Source: an uncultured Alphaproteobacteria bacterium
GTDB lineage: Bacteria > Pseudomonadota > Alphaproteobacteria > HIMB59
Direction of reading: 5' to 3'
DNA length: 64,000 nucleotides
Assembly (NCBI GenBank): GCA_902611415.1
Contig: CACLZM010000004.1
Span: 7,628-71,627 of the forward strand
Shown here: in pieces, positions 10,940 to 22,801 of the stretch
Layout of the letters: each line of letters opens with the position of its first letter
How positions within the stretch are numbered: position 1 is the first letter of the stretch
The notes under the pieces: model-generated
Database searches by the model: none
Told to the model about the DNA's origin: nothing
What the model saw: only the letters and a program-made list of their open reading frames with translations
Made by a program: the position numbers and the translations under genes

Positions 10940-11782
10940 TTATCTTCCCCACCAATAGATACTTATGTATAAAAACAACCAAACAACATCAACAAAATGC
11001 CAATACCATGCAGCTGCCTCAAAACCAAAATGTCTTTTTGGGGTTAAATGACCTTTTCTTATTCTCAATAAACAGACTAATAAGAATAAAGTACCAATTA
11101 ATACATGAAAACCATGAAAACCGGTTGCCATGAAAAAAGTTGAAGGATATATACCTTCAGTAAAACCAAAAGTTGCATGTTGGTATTCATATATTTGTAA
11201 AAGTGAAAATATGAAACCTAAAAAAACTGTGTAATATAAACCTTTAAGAGCCTCTTTATTATTTCCCTCTCTTAATTCATGGTGTGCCCATGTACAGGTA
11301 GTCCCTGATAAAAGTAAAATCAAGGTATTTAAATATGGGATGTCTAGTGGGTCAAAAGTTTCAATTCCTTTTGGGGGCCAAACTCCTATTCCAAGAGTGC
11401 CTGTAAAAACTTCTTTGTACTCAGCTAAAAATGTTTTAGGTAATAGACTTGCATCAAAAAAAGCCCAAAAGAAAGCAACAAAAAACATTACTTCTGATGT
11501 GATGAACAGAGCCATACCCCACCTAAGACCAATCTCAGTGATTGAATTATGTACTTTTAAAAAAGTACTCTCTTTTATTATGTCTCGCCACCACATAAAC
11601 ATAGTAAAAAGTATTAGAACAAGACCTGCCAACATAGGCCATAGCATCTCATAGTGCATATACAAAATAGCTCCTGAAACTAGAAAAAGAGCAGAAAAAG
11701 CACCAACTAATGGCCAGGGACTGGGATTTACAAGATGAAATTTATGTTTCTTTTCAGAGTCTTTAAATACTAAATCAACCAT
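10940..11782 (-). CDS. ctaE: Cytochrome c oxidase subunit III
   Basis: HLVNPSPWP, TGFHGFHV, AAWYWHFVDVVW. Confidence 0.97.
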   Translation of the reverse strand: MVDLVFKDSEKKHKFHLVNPSPWPLVGAFSALFLVSGAILYMHYEMLWPMLAGLVLILFTMFMWWRDIIKESTFLKVHNSITEIGLRWGMALFITSEVMFFVAFFWAFFDASLLPKTFLAEYKEVFTGTLGIGVWPPKGIETFDPLDIPYLNTLILLLSGTTCTWAHHELREGNNKEALKGLYYTVFLGFIFSLLQIYEYQHATFGFTEGIYPSTFFMATGFHGFHVLIGTLFLLVCLLRIRKGHLTPKRHFGFEAAAWYWHFVDVVWLFLYISIYWWGR

Positions 11783-11794
11783 TTAAACAATATT

Positions 11795-12331
11795 TCATTC
11801 TTTTTTCTCAAAAAAGGTATATGACAAAGTGACATTCTTAGTCCTACTTGCCTCAGGATCGTCAAGTATCAATGGATCTAAGTAGAAAGTGACAGGAAAC
11901 TCAACAACTTGATTTGGTTTTATCGTTTGATCAATAAAGCAAAAGCATTCAATCTTATATAAGTATGGGCCAATTTTAGGTGGTAAAATGTTAAATATAG
12001 ACGTTCCTGTTGAGCTAACATCAGTATTGTTTTTAGCTTTAAAAACAACATCATACTTTACACCCTCTGTAATATTCATTTTTTGAGGAGCTTCAAACAT
12101 CCAATCCAAACCTTCATTTACCTGAGCTGAAAATATAACTTTTATATCGAGTTCCCCCAAGTTGATATTTTGGCGTTGTTCTTGAATTTTTACTTCTTTA
12201 TTAAAACCTTGAAATCCAGTTAGGTCACAAAAAAGCTTATATAGTGGCACTGAAAAAATTACTAGACTTAGCATAAATCCAAGTATCAACATTAAAAAAA
12301 TTAATGTTTTATTTTTATTTGATACGTTCAA
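11795..12331 (-). CDS. ctaG: Cytochrome c oxidase assembly protein CtaG/Cox11
   Basis: VPLYKLFC, KIECFCF, TLSYTFF. Confidence 0.94.
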   Translation of the reverse strand: MNVSNKNKTLIFLMLILGFMLSLVIFSVPLYKLFCDLTGFQGFNKEVKIQEQRQNINLGELDIKVIFSAQVNEGLDWMFEAPQKMNITEGVKYDVVFKAKNNTDVSSTGTSIFNILPPKIGPYLYKIECFCFIDQTIKPNQVVEFPVTFYLDPLILDDPEASRTKNVTLSYTFFEKKE

Positions 12332-12429
12332 ATACCAGATTTAATTCTAAATATTGTAATAAAATAAAATGCTGTTACGAGCATGAAAAGTAGAGCCAAG
12401 ACTAATAAATTTTTATTTTTTCTTTTCAT
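12328..12429 (-). CDS. 33-aa single-TM protein of the cox operon (CoxF-like), absent from ORF track
   Basis: Manual translation MKRKNKNLLVLALLFMLVTAFYFITIFRIKSGI*. TAATG overlap with ctaB stop and TTGA overlap with ctaG start. Confidence 0.75.
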   Translation of the reverse strand: MKRKNKNLLVLALLFMLVTAFYFITIFRIKSGI

Positions 12430-13355
12430 TAGAATAAATATTTATCAATAACTGTTAAAGCAAAAATAAGAAAAAGATAAACAATTGAATATCCAAAAAG
12501 TTTGATTGAGTCTTTCTTAATATTTTGTGACTTATTTAGTTTAAAAAGTTTGTAAATAAAATATGCATTGAGAATATTGGAGCCTAAAAAAAAGCTCACT
12601 CCAGCGTATTTAAAAAAAAATAGAGAGTTTACTGATGCAACCATTAAAAGAGTATAAATATTCATCATAAAAAGTGTTTTTTTTATACCGTGTTTAACGG
12701 GGTACATCGGTATATCAGCGTCAGAGTAATCTTGGTTTCTAAATATAGCTAATGCCCAAGAGTGTGGAGGTGTCCATAAAAATATTATTAAGCATAATAT
12801 TATCGGGTAGAAAATTTGTTCACTTGAAATACTTATCCACGCAATCACTGGAGGGAGGGCACCTGCTAAACCACCAATTACTATATTCTGTGCAGTTTTG
12901 TGCTTCAGATACATTGTATAAAAAACAGAGTAATAAAGAATTGTAAATGCTAATAAGATTGAGGCCTTAATATTTCCAAAGAAAAATAGACCTACTACAG
13001 AAAAAAAAGAAAAAATTAATCCAATCCCAAGTGCTGTATTTGCTGAGATATTTCCTGAAGGAATAGGTCTAAACTTTGTTCTGTCCATTTTAGAGTCAAT
13101 TATTCGATCAAACCACATGTTTAAAATAGCTGAACCAGATGCTCCCATTGCTATAAGGGTAAGAGACATACCTTTTATAAGTAAACTTTTATCAGATGGG
13201 GCTAATAACATCGCACATAAAGCCGTAAATATTACAAGAGAAATTACACCAGGTTTAATTAGTACATAAAGTTGTTTTAAAAAATTAACAACTTGCAAAA
13301 AGAACAGGTTTTGTTCTGTCTGTACAAAAGTTTGATGATGCTTTTTTTCTAACAC
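12429..13355 (-). CDS. ctaB: Protoheme IX farnesyltransferase (heme O synthase)
   Basis: DSKMDRTKFRPIPSG, QNIVIGGLAGA, WTPPH. Confidence 0.95.
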   Translation of the reverse strand: MLEKKHHQTFVQTEQNLFFLQVVNFLKQLYVLIKPGVISLVIFTALCAMLLAPSDKSLLIKGMSLTLIAMGASGSAILNMWFDRIIDSKMDRTKFRPIPSGNISANTALGIGLIFSFFSVVGLFFFGNIKASILLAFTILYYSVFYTMYLKHKTAQNIVIGGLAGALPPVIAWISISSEQIFYPIILCLIIFLWTPPHSWALAIFRNQDYSDADIPMYPVKHGIKKTLFMMNIYTLLMVASVNSLFFFKYAGVSFFLGSNILNAYFIYKLFKLNKSQNIKKDSIKLFGYSIVYLFLIFALTVIDKYLF

Positions 13356-13358
13356 AAG

Positions 13359-15805
<2,447 letters not shown>

Positions 15806-15834
15806 CTAAAACATATTAGTAATCTTTTTTGTAC

Positions 15835-15856
15835 AGTATATTGACAGGATGTCGCT
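15835..15856 (-). promoter_or_regulatory. Candidate RegA/PrrA-type site and -10 box upstream of ctaC
   Basis: Minus strand reads GCGAC-ATCCT-GTCAA then TATACT; resembles the RegA/PrrA GCGRC-N5-GTCRM pattern. Confidence 0.35.
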
Positions 15857-15870
15857 TAAACCCGCTATAA

Positions 15871-16578
15871 TTATGAAAAATAGTGAAATGTTAGACTAAG
15901 TGCGGCAATAACTGCTGTGTCAGCTTTTAAAATGTTTGGGCCCATACTCACATTAAAGAAATTTTTTGAGCTACCTGATATAAATGCTCTTTCCTCCTCC
16001 TCAAAACCTCCTTCAGGTCCTATAACAACTAAAATTTCACTATTTGGTTTAACTTTAGCTTGTGATAAATGAATTCCTTTGAGATTCTCATCAAACATCA
16101 GCACTGTTTTACTGGACATGATATTAGATCTATCTTTAAGGTCAATTAACTTGTCTATGTTTGGTACTGATAATCTTCCGCTTTGTTGAGCAGCACCTAC
16201 AGCATATGTATTAAACTTATCGAGATTAATCTTTGTGTTTATAGTTCTATTAAATGATGTTGGAAATAGACATCTCACGCCCATCTCAGTTGATTGTCTT
16301 ATAATTAATTCGCTGTTTTGGTATTTTATAGGAGAAAACATTAAGTCTATCAAAGTTTCTGCTCGAGGTGCTGAGATTTGACTTATCGATCTCGCTTTTA
16401 AAAAATTTTTTTTTATATCAATTATTTTGCACTTCCATTCACCAGAAATATTGTTAAACAAGGAGATCTCATCTCCTATTTTAAGCCTTATAACTTTTAC
16501 AAGATGGATATAATACTTTTTTTCTAGCTCATAAGTGCTACCCTGCTTTATAATTGAATTACAATAAACTCTCTTCAT
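15871..16578 (-). CDS. rsmE: 16S rRNA m3U1498 methyltransferase
   Basis: HLVKVIRL, QQSGR, IGPEGGF, ILKADTA; ATG at 16578 (MKRVY) preferred. Confidence 0.93.
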   Translation of the reverse strand: MKRVYCNSIIKQGSTYELEKKYYIHLVKVIRLKIGDEISLFNNISGEWKCKIIDIKKNFLKARSISQISAPRAETLIDLMFSPIKYQNSELIIRQSTEMGVRCLFPTSFNRTINTKINLDKFNTYAVGAAQQSGRLSVPNIDKLIDLKDRSNIMSSKTVLMFDENLKGIHLSQAKVKPNSEILVVIGPEGGFEEEERAFISGSSKNFFNVSMGPNILKADTAVIAALSLTFHYFS

Positions 16579-17485
16579 GAATAACAATTATAAGAATAAT
16601 TTAATTTTTAAATTATTTCCACCTTTCACACACCCATACATTCTTTTAGTTAGATTAGATAAACCTATTGGTTTTCTTCTACTTTTTTACCCAATTAGTT
16701 TCATTTTAGCATCCTCAACAAATGGTTCGTCTAATAATATTTTAATTTTGTTTATAATTTTTTTTATAGGTTCATTGGTTATGAGATCTGCTGGATGCAT
16801 AGTGAATGATTTTATCGATAAAGACATTGATAGGAAAGTTAGTAGAACACAAAATAGAGCTTTAGCCTCATCACAAATAAGCGTAAAGAATTCACTCATA
16901 CTATTATTTTTTCTTTTAATAATAGGTTTAATAATTTTATTACATTTAAATTATGAAGCTATTGTATTAGGGCTTGTTATCACTCCTTTGATAATTTTAT
17001 ACCCTTTAGCAAAAAGATTTTTTTTCTTACCCCAATTAATTTTAGCTTTGACTTATAATTGGGGCTGTTTTATTGGCTGGGTGGCGATGGGCTCAAACGT
17101 ACCCTTTTCATCTGTTCTCATTTTATATGTCTCACTAATTTTTTGGACACTTACTTATGATACTATTTATGCTACTCAGGATGAAAAAGAAGACAAAGAA
17201 TTAAAATTATACTCTAGCACATTATTTTTTGGAGCTGGAAGAATGATCATTTTAAATTTAATGATTTTTTTTAAATATTTTTTATTGGCTTTTTTTGGAA
17301 GTGGCTTGAATTTCAGTTTTTTATACTATGTCTTATTAATTACGATTTTCTTAATAAACATTATAGATCTCAATTTTATGTGGAAAAATATACCTGAAAA
17401 GGCTAGTTCATACTTTAGTCGCAATAACTATTACGGTATCAGCATACTTTTTAGTATAATAATCGGAAGTCACTTTAATGTCTGA
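16577..17485 (+). CDS. ubiA: 4-hydroxybenzoate polyprenyltransferase
   Basis: RLDKPIG, RSAGCIVND, YDTIYATQD. Confidence 0.93.
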   Translation: MNNNYKNNLIFKLFPPFTHPYILLVRLDKPIGFLLLFYPISFILASSTNGSSNNILILFIIFFIGSLVMRSAGCIVNDFIDKDIDRKVSRTQNRALASSQISVKNSLILLFFLLIIGLIILLHLNYEAIVLGLVITPLIILYPLAKRFFFLPQLILALTYNWGCFIGWVAMGSNVPFSSVLILYVSLIFWTLTYDTIYATQDEKEDKELKLYSSTLFFGAGRMIILNLMIFFKYFLLAFFGSGLNFSFLYYVLLITIFLINIIDLNFMWKNIPEKASSYFSRNNYYGISILFSIIIGSHFNV

Positions 17486-19205
17486 GTCTAAAGAACATTT
17501 TATAAGAATTTCTAAATTATTTCTTAATTTTAAATTAAGAATGTTTGCTGCAATTTTATGTATGATTATTGCAGCTCTATGCACAGGTTTTCATGCTTGG
17601 TTGGTTAAACCAGCACTTGACAATGTTTTGATCAATGCTGATAAATTTTATTTATATTTTATACCTATTGCTATTTTAATTACTGGGATAACAAAAGGGT
17701 TTGTAACATATATCCAAATTACTTCTTTACAATTTATGAGTCATAGGATTATTGAAAAACTAAGACGAGATGTTTTTAAAAATATAATAAATGTGCATTA
17801 TGGGTTTTTTGTTAAAAATAAAATAGGATCTTTAATTACGAGAATTACTACAGATACTTATTACTTAAGTGGGGCAATGGCCAACACATATACTGCATTA
17901 ATAAAAGATTCTTTAACTTTGGCTGTTTTGATAGGAAATATGTTTTATCAAAATTGGAAATTAGCATGCATTTCTATTGTGATTTTTCCATTGGCTATTG
18001 TTCCAATAAGAGTTTTAGGTAAAAAAATTAGAAGAGTCACAAAAAACTTACAAGAACAAGTCGGAACTTTAGCTTCAAATTTAGAAGAGGTCTTTAGAGG
18101 AATCAAAAATGTAAAATCTTTTAATGCAGAGAATTTTGAAATCAAAAGAGTAAATAAAGAAATTGAGCAAACTAGAGAATTGAATTTTAAACAGGAAAAA
18201 ATTACTGCTAGATCCAGACCTTTTACGGAAACATTGGGCTCAATGGCAGCTGGTTTAGCAATTTTTGGTGGTGGTATTTTTGTAATTAACGAAAATATGA
18301 CAGCTGGGCAATTGATGAGTTTTTTAGTAAGTCTAATGTTAGCTTATGCACCGCTTAAAAACCTAATAAATGTGAATGTTTTACTTCAAAGCGGTCTTGG
18401 TGCTGCATCCAGAATATTTGAATTTATAGATTTTAAAAATGAAACAATTGGAGGATCTAAGATAATAAAAAGTTTCAAGACTTTGAGTTTCAAAGAGGTT
18501 TTTTTCAAATACGAAAATACAAATAAAAATATAATTAACCGAGTTAATTTTAACCTTAAAGCAGGAAAAAAAGTTGCATTTGTGGGGCCCTCTGGAGGAG
18601 GTAAATCAACACTTATGGCTTTATTTTTAAGATTATTTGATATCACTAAAGGTGACATAACAATAAATGAAATTGATATAAAAAAATTAAAATTAAATAG
18701 TCTTAGAAATATATTTAGCCTAGTTAGCCAAGATACAGTTTTGTTTGATGGTACTATTTCAGAAAATATAAAATATAACTCTGGTCACAATCAATCAAAT
18801 ATAAATCATTTTGCTAATATTGCATGCGTAAATGATTTTGCAAATAAACTACCTTTAAAATTGGATACTAAAATTGGTGAAAATGGAATTAAATTGTCTG
18901 GGGGGCAGAGGCAAAGAATTTCAATAGCGAGAGCTCTCGCTCAAAGAAGCCCTGTTATATTATTAGATGAACCAACTTCAAATTTGGATCTTAAAACTGA
19001 GTCTAAGCTATTCAATAATTTGTATCATTTGCCTAAAATTACAATGATTGTAGTTGCACATAGATTAAGCACTATTAAAAATTTTGATGAAATTTACTAT
19101 TTAGAAAATGGTGCAGTTGTTGAGAAGGGAACTCATAAAACCTTAATGGCAAAGAAAAAACATTATTATAATCTTTATCAAAGACAGATTAAAAAAAATG
19201 CTTAA
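17478..19205 (+). CDS. msbA: Lipid A export ABC transporter permease/ATPase
   Basis: TMD plus NBD (GPSGGGKST, LSGGQRQR, LLDEPTS); first gene of lipid A cluster. Confidence 0.85.
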   Translation: MSESKEHFIRISKLFLNFKLRMFAAILCMIIAALCTGFHAWLVKPALDNVLINADKFYLYFIPIAILITGITKGFVTYIQITSLQFMSHRIIEKLRRDVFKNIINVHYGFFVKNKIGSLITRITTDTYYLSGAMANTYTALIKDSLTLAVLIGNMFYQNWKLACISIVIFPLAIVPIRVLGKKIRRVTKNLQEQVGTLASNLEEVFRGIKNVKSFNAENFEIKRVNKEIEQTRELNFKQEKITARSRPFTETLGSMAAGLAIFGGGIFVINENMTAGQLMSFLVSLMLAYAPLKNLINVNVLLQSGLGAASRIFEFIDFKNETIGGSKIIKSFKTLSFKEVFFKYENTNKNIINRVNFNLKAGKKVAFVGPSGGGKSTLMALFLRLFDITKGDITINEIDIKKLKLNSLRNIFSLVSQDTVLFDGTISENIKYNSGHNQSNINHFANIACVNDFANKLPLKLDTKIGENGIKLSGGQRQRISIARALAQRSPVILLDEPTSNLDLKTESKLFNNLYHLPKITMIVVAHRLSTIKNFDEIYYLENGAVVEKGTHKTLMAKKKHYYNLYQRQIKKNA

Positions 19206-19848
19206 AAAATTATCTAAGTATAAATTATTTAAGATTATTTTTGTAAATTTAATTTATCTGTCATTATCACTTATAAAAAAAACAAGTAATTGGTCAGGTG
19301 TAAACGAAGAAGTCATAGAAAAACAATTACAAGATAATAAATCAATCATTGTACTTATTTGGCATAACCAACTTATGGGTTCTACATTTAGTTGGAAATT
19401 TAAACCAAAATTAAGACCCGTTGCAACCTCTCACAGAGATGGTCAAATAAGTACTTTAGTTCAAAGAAAATTTGGTTTAGATCCTCTTTTACGTGAAAAA
19501 GATAAACCTACAGCTCTAATAAAAGAAATCACTTTAGCCGTAGAAAAAGGTGATTGCATTTATATCACACCAGATGCACCTCACGGACCACCTTATGAAA
19601 TTAACACCAATATTTACAAATTAGCCAAAAAGTTTGACTTAAAGATCGCTCTACTAACTTTTAAAACCAATCGTTTTTTTCGTCTTAATAATTGGGATAA
19701 GTTAAAAATACCTTTACCTTTCAGTAAAGGTATTTTTTTTTGGGGTAAAGAAATAATAAATCCAAGTCAGTTCGACGAAAATTCATTTAATAGATACATA
19801 ATAGACAATTTGAATAAAAATTTAAAAATAATTGATGCTCATTTTTAG
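19198..19848 (+). CDS. DUF374 / lysophospholipid acyltransferase-like protein
   Basis: WH, SHRDG, ITPDAPHGP, WDKLKIPLPF; typical position between msbA and waaA. Confidence 0.85.
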   Translation: MLKKLSKYKLFKIIFVNLIYLSLSLIKKTSNWSGVNEEVIEKQLQDNKSIIVLIWHNQLMGSTFSWKFKPKLRPVATSHRDGQISTLVQRKFGLDPLLREKDKPTALIKEITLAVEKGDCIYITPDAPHGPPYEINTNIYKLAKKFDLKIALLTFKTNRFFRLNNWDKLKIPLPFSKGIFFWGKEIINPSQFDENSFNRYIIDNLNKNLKIIDAHF

Positions 19849-20995
19849 CTATAGATTATTACAACTTGTGTTTTTTCCAGTGATTTTATTCATTGGTTTA
19901 ATTAGAGTGTTTAATAAAAAAGAAAATTTTTTTTCATATAAACAAAAAATATTTGCAAACCAAAATTACACACAAATCAAACAAAGAGATTATTTAATTC
20001 ATTTTGCTAGCATAGGCGAATTGAATTCTATTAAATTCTTAGTGGATAGGCTCAATAATAAAAAAATTGTTTTATCATGTTCTACATTGTCATCTTTTGA
20101 ATTGTCAAAAAAATTATACCCCAACCTTATTAGTATATTTCTTCCTTTAGATTTTTTTTGGAATGTAAACATTTTCTTATCAAAAACAAATTTTAAAAAA
20201 ATTTTATGGATTGACTCAGAAATTTGGCCTAATTGGCTAATGATTTCAAAAAAGAAAAATTTAAAAAATATCTTAGTTAATGGCAGAGTATCGGATACAA
20301 GTTATGTCAGGTGGTCAAAATATCCAAATTTAAGTAAAATAATCGGAGAACAATACGATCTAATTTTTGCACAAAGTAAAAAGGATCAAGTAAACATAAA
20401 TAATTTATTTGTTAAAAAAGTTTATTTTTTTGGGAACTTAAAATTTAATATTAATCCAAATATACCAGGCTCAAAAAAAAAGATCGTTTGTTTTGCAAGT
20501 ATTCACTTAAATGAATATAATAAAGTTATACAAATAATAAAAAGATTAGATTTAAGTGAAATATTTGAAATAATTATTATACCGCGTCACATTCAATTCT
20601 CTAGTAATTTAAGTGAGAAAATTATTTCTGAAAATTTAGAAAAAATCACAGTGCATAATAAATTTGGTGATATTATGTCAATTTTTGAGCGCTCAAAATT
20701 AGTATTTATGGGTGGTTCTTTAATTAAACATGGTGGTCAGAATCCTCTGGAACCTATTTCTAGAGGTTGCTTTGTGCTAACAGGAGAATTTCATAAAAAT
20801 TTTGAGGAAATTTATCATGATCTTGAAAAACTTAACCTTTGTAAAACAATGAATAGTGATAATTTAGAAGATATAAGTAATGAAATTAACAAACAAATAA
20901 AAGATGACTTTCATCATGTTAAGGAAATTGAAAATTTTATTAATAATAATAAAAATAGTTTAAAAAATATTACTGAGATGATTGATAAATGTTAA
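19835..20995 (+). CDS. waaA: Kdo transferase
   Basis: HFASIGE, LPLD, SEIWPN, GGSLIKHGGQNPLEP. Confidence 0.92.
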   Translation: MLIFSYRLLQLVFFPVILFIGLIRVFNKKENFFSYKQKIFANQNYTQIKQRDYLIHFASIGELNSIKFLVDRLNNKKIVLSCSTLSSFELSKKLYPNLISIFLPLDFFWNVNIFLSKTNFKKILWIDSEIWPNWLMISKKKNLKNILVNGRVSDTSYVRWSKYPNLSKIIGEQYDLIFAQSKKDQVNINNLFVKKVYFFGNLKFNINPNIPGSKKKIVCFASIHLNEYNKVIQIIKRLDLSEIFEIIIIPRHIQFSSNLSEKIISENLEKITVHNKFGDIMSIFERSKLVFMGGSLIKHGGQNPLEPISRGCFVLTGEFHKNFEEIYHDLEKLNLCKTMNSDNLEDISNEINKQIKDDFHHVKEIENFINNNKNSLKNITEMIDKC

Positions 20996-21954
20996 AAGCT
21001 CCAAAATTTTGGTATCAAAAAACAATTTCTTTAAATGCACTTCTTCTCTCTCCTTTATCAATAATTTGGTCAGTCGGAAATTTAATCAAAAGAAAACTGT
21101 CAAAAGTTCAAAAAATTGACTTACCTGTAATAGCAGTTGGAAGTGCTATAATTGGTGGTTCAGGCAAAACACCCTCAGTATTGTACATCTGTAGAGAATT
21201 AAAGAAGATGGGATACATTCCTCATATTATTTCAAGAGGTTATGGTGGGTCCACTACAATAGATGAAGTTATAAAAGTAAAACCTCATATGGACTTTAAT
21301 TTTGTAGGTGATGAGGCTTTAATGATGTCAAATTATTTTACAACATGGGTTAGTAAAAATAAATTTCACGCAATGATTTCAGCAAAGGAAGATGGTGCAA
21401 ATATACTTGTACTTGACGATGCACTTCAATCTTACAATGTATATAAAAATATATCGATTTATGTTTATGATTCTATCCAATCATTTGGTAATAGACTTTT
21501 AGTTCCCTCTGGGCCACTAAGAGAGTCAGTAAAAAATGCAATTAGAAAATCACAAATATTTTTTTTAATTAATACAAATGTATGCAATGAATTAAATGAC
21601 AATCACTTTAAGCATATTTTGAAATATAAAATAGAAATCAAACCAGAATTTAAAGAAAAAAAATTAATTGCTTTTGCGGGTCTGGGTTTTAATAAAAAAT
21701 TTTTTGACCAATTAAAATCTGAAAATTTAAATTTAGTATTAACAAAAGAGTTTCCTGATCATCATCAATATACTGTCGATGATATTTTTCTATTACTTGA
21801 TCAAGCAAATAAAAATGATGCTTTTTTAATAACAACAGAGAAAGATCATGTCAGGATACCTAATGAATTTAAAAGCTCTATTGGAATAATACATGGAGAA
21901 ATAGTATCAGATAACAATCTAGGATTTACAACGGAAATTGAAAAATATATTTAA
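20989..21954 (+). CDS. lpxK: Tetraacyldisaccharide 4'-kinase
   Basis: GGSGKTP, SRGYG, GDEA, PSGPLRE, FPDHH, TTEKD. Confidence 0.95.
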   Translation: MLKAPKFWYQKTISLNALLLSPLSIIWSVGNLIKRKLSKVQKIDLPVIAVGSAIIGGSGKTPSVLYICRELKKMGYIPHIISRGYGGSTTIDEVIKVKPHMDFNFVGDEALMMSNYFTTWVSKNKFHAMISAKEDGANILVLDDALQSYNVYKNISIYVYDSIQSFGNRLLVPSGPLRESVKNAIRKSQIFFLINTNVCNELNDNHFKHILKYKIEIKPEFKEKKLIAFAGLGFNKKFFDQLKSENLNLVLTKEFPDHHQYTVDDIFLLLDQANKNDAFLITTEKDHVRIPNEFKSSIGIIHGEIVSDNNLGFTTEIEKYI

Positions 21955-22801
21955 AGTTTTTAGAAATTATATTGAGTTTGTATTTTTTATTATACTTAAA
22001 AATATATTAGGATTATTTAGTTTTAATTTTGCCTCAAATGTTGGAGGAATTTTAGTTGGTTTTTTTGGAAAATTTACAAAATACGAACAAATTATAAAAA
22101 ATAATTTGAAAGTATTAAACCTCAATGATGAAAAGAGTTCAAGATTAACAAAGGAAAATTTAAAAGAGACAGGAAAAGTTTTTTTTGAATTTTTTAACTT
22201 AAATAAATTTGATTGGAAAAATATAGATTTTTATAACATCCATATCATGGACGAGATAAAAACTCACAAAGGTCCTAAAATCTTTATATCAGCACATATT
22301 GGGAACTGGGAGCTAACAAGAAATTTTATTTTACGTCATGGCTTCACATTACATTCAGTTTATAGACACGCAAATAATGAGAAAATCGATAACTACATAC
22401 AGAAAAATAGAATGGAAAATAATGCTTTTTTTTATAAAAAAGGCTCTGAGAGTGCTAAATCCATGATTAAAGCACTCAAACAAAATGAAGACTTAGCACT
22501 TCTAATTGACCAAAGAGATAGTAGTGGTTTAGAAATAGATTTTTTTGGAAAGAAAGTACTTGCAACAGATGGTTTTGCTAATTTGGCAATTAAATACAAA
22601 ACAATGATATGTCCAGTATACTCTATCAGAAATCAAAATAACAAATTTCAAATAATTTTTGAAAAACCTTTACGTTATGAAGAATATAAAAACTATGATG
22701 TAAAAGGCCTAGTTGAGATGATTCATAAGAAATATTTTGAAAAATGGATTACACACTCTCCATCACAATGGCTATGGGTACATAAAAGATGGAAATTATA
22801 A
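21938..22801 (+). CDS. lpxL: Lipid A late acyltransferase (LpxL/HtrB family)
   Basis: SAHIGNWE, LIDQ, QWLWVHKRWK. Confidence 0.88.
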   Translation: MKNIFKVFRNYIEFVFFIILKNILGLFSFNFASNVGGILVGFFGKFTKYEQIIKNNLKVLNLNDEKSSRLTKENLKETGKVFFEFFNLNKFDWKNIDFYNIHIMDEIKTHKGPKIFISAHIGNWELTRNFILRHGFTLHSVYRHANNEKIDNYIQKNRMENNAFFYKKGSESAKSMIKALKQNEDLALLIDQRDSSGLEIDFFGKKVLATDGFANLAIKYKTMICPVYSIRNQNNKFQIIFEKPLRYEEYKNYDVKGLVEMIHKKYFEKWITHSPSQWLWVHKRWKL

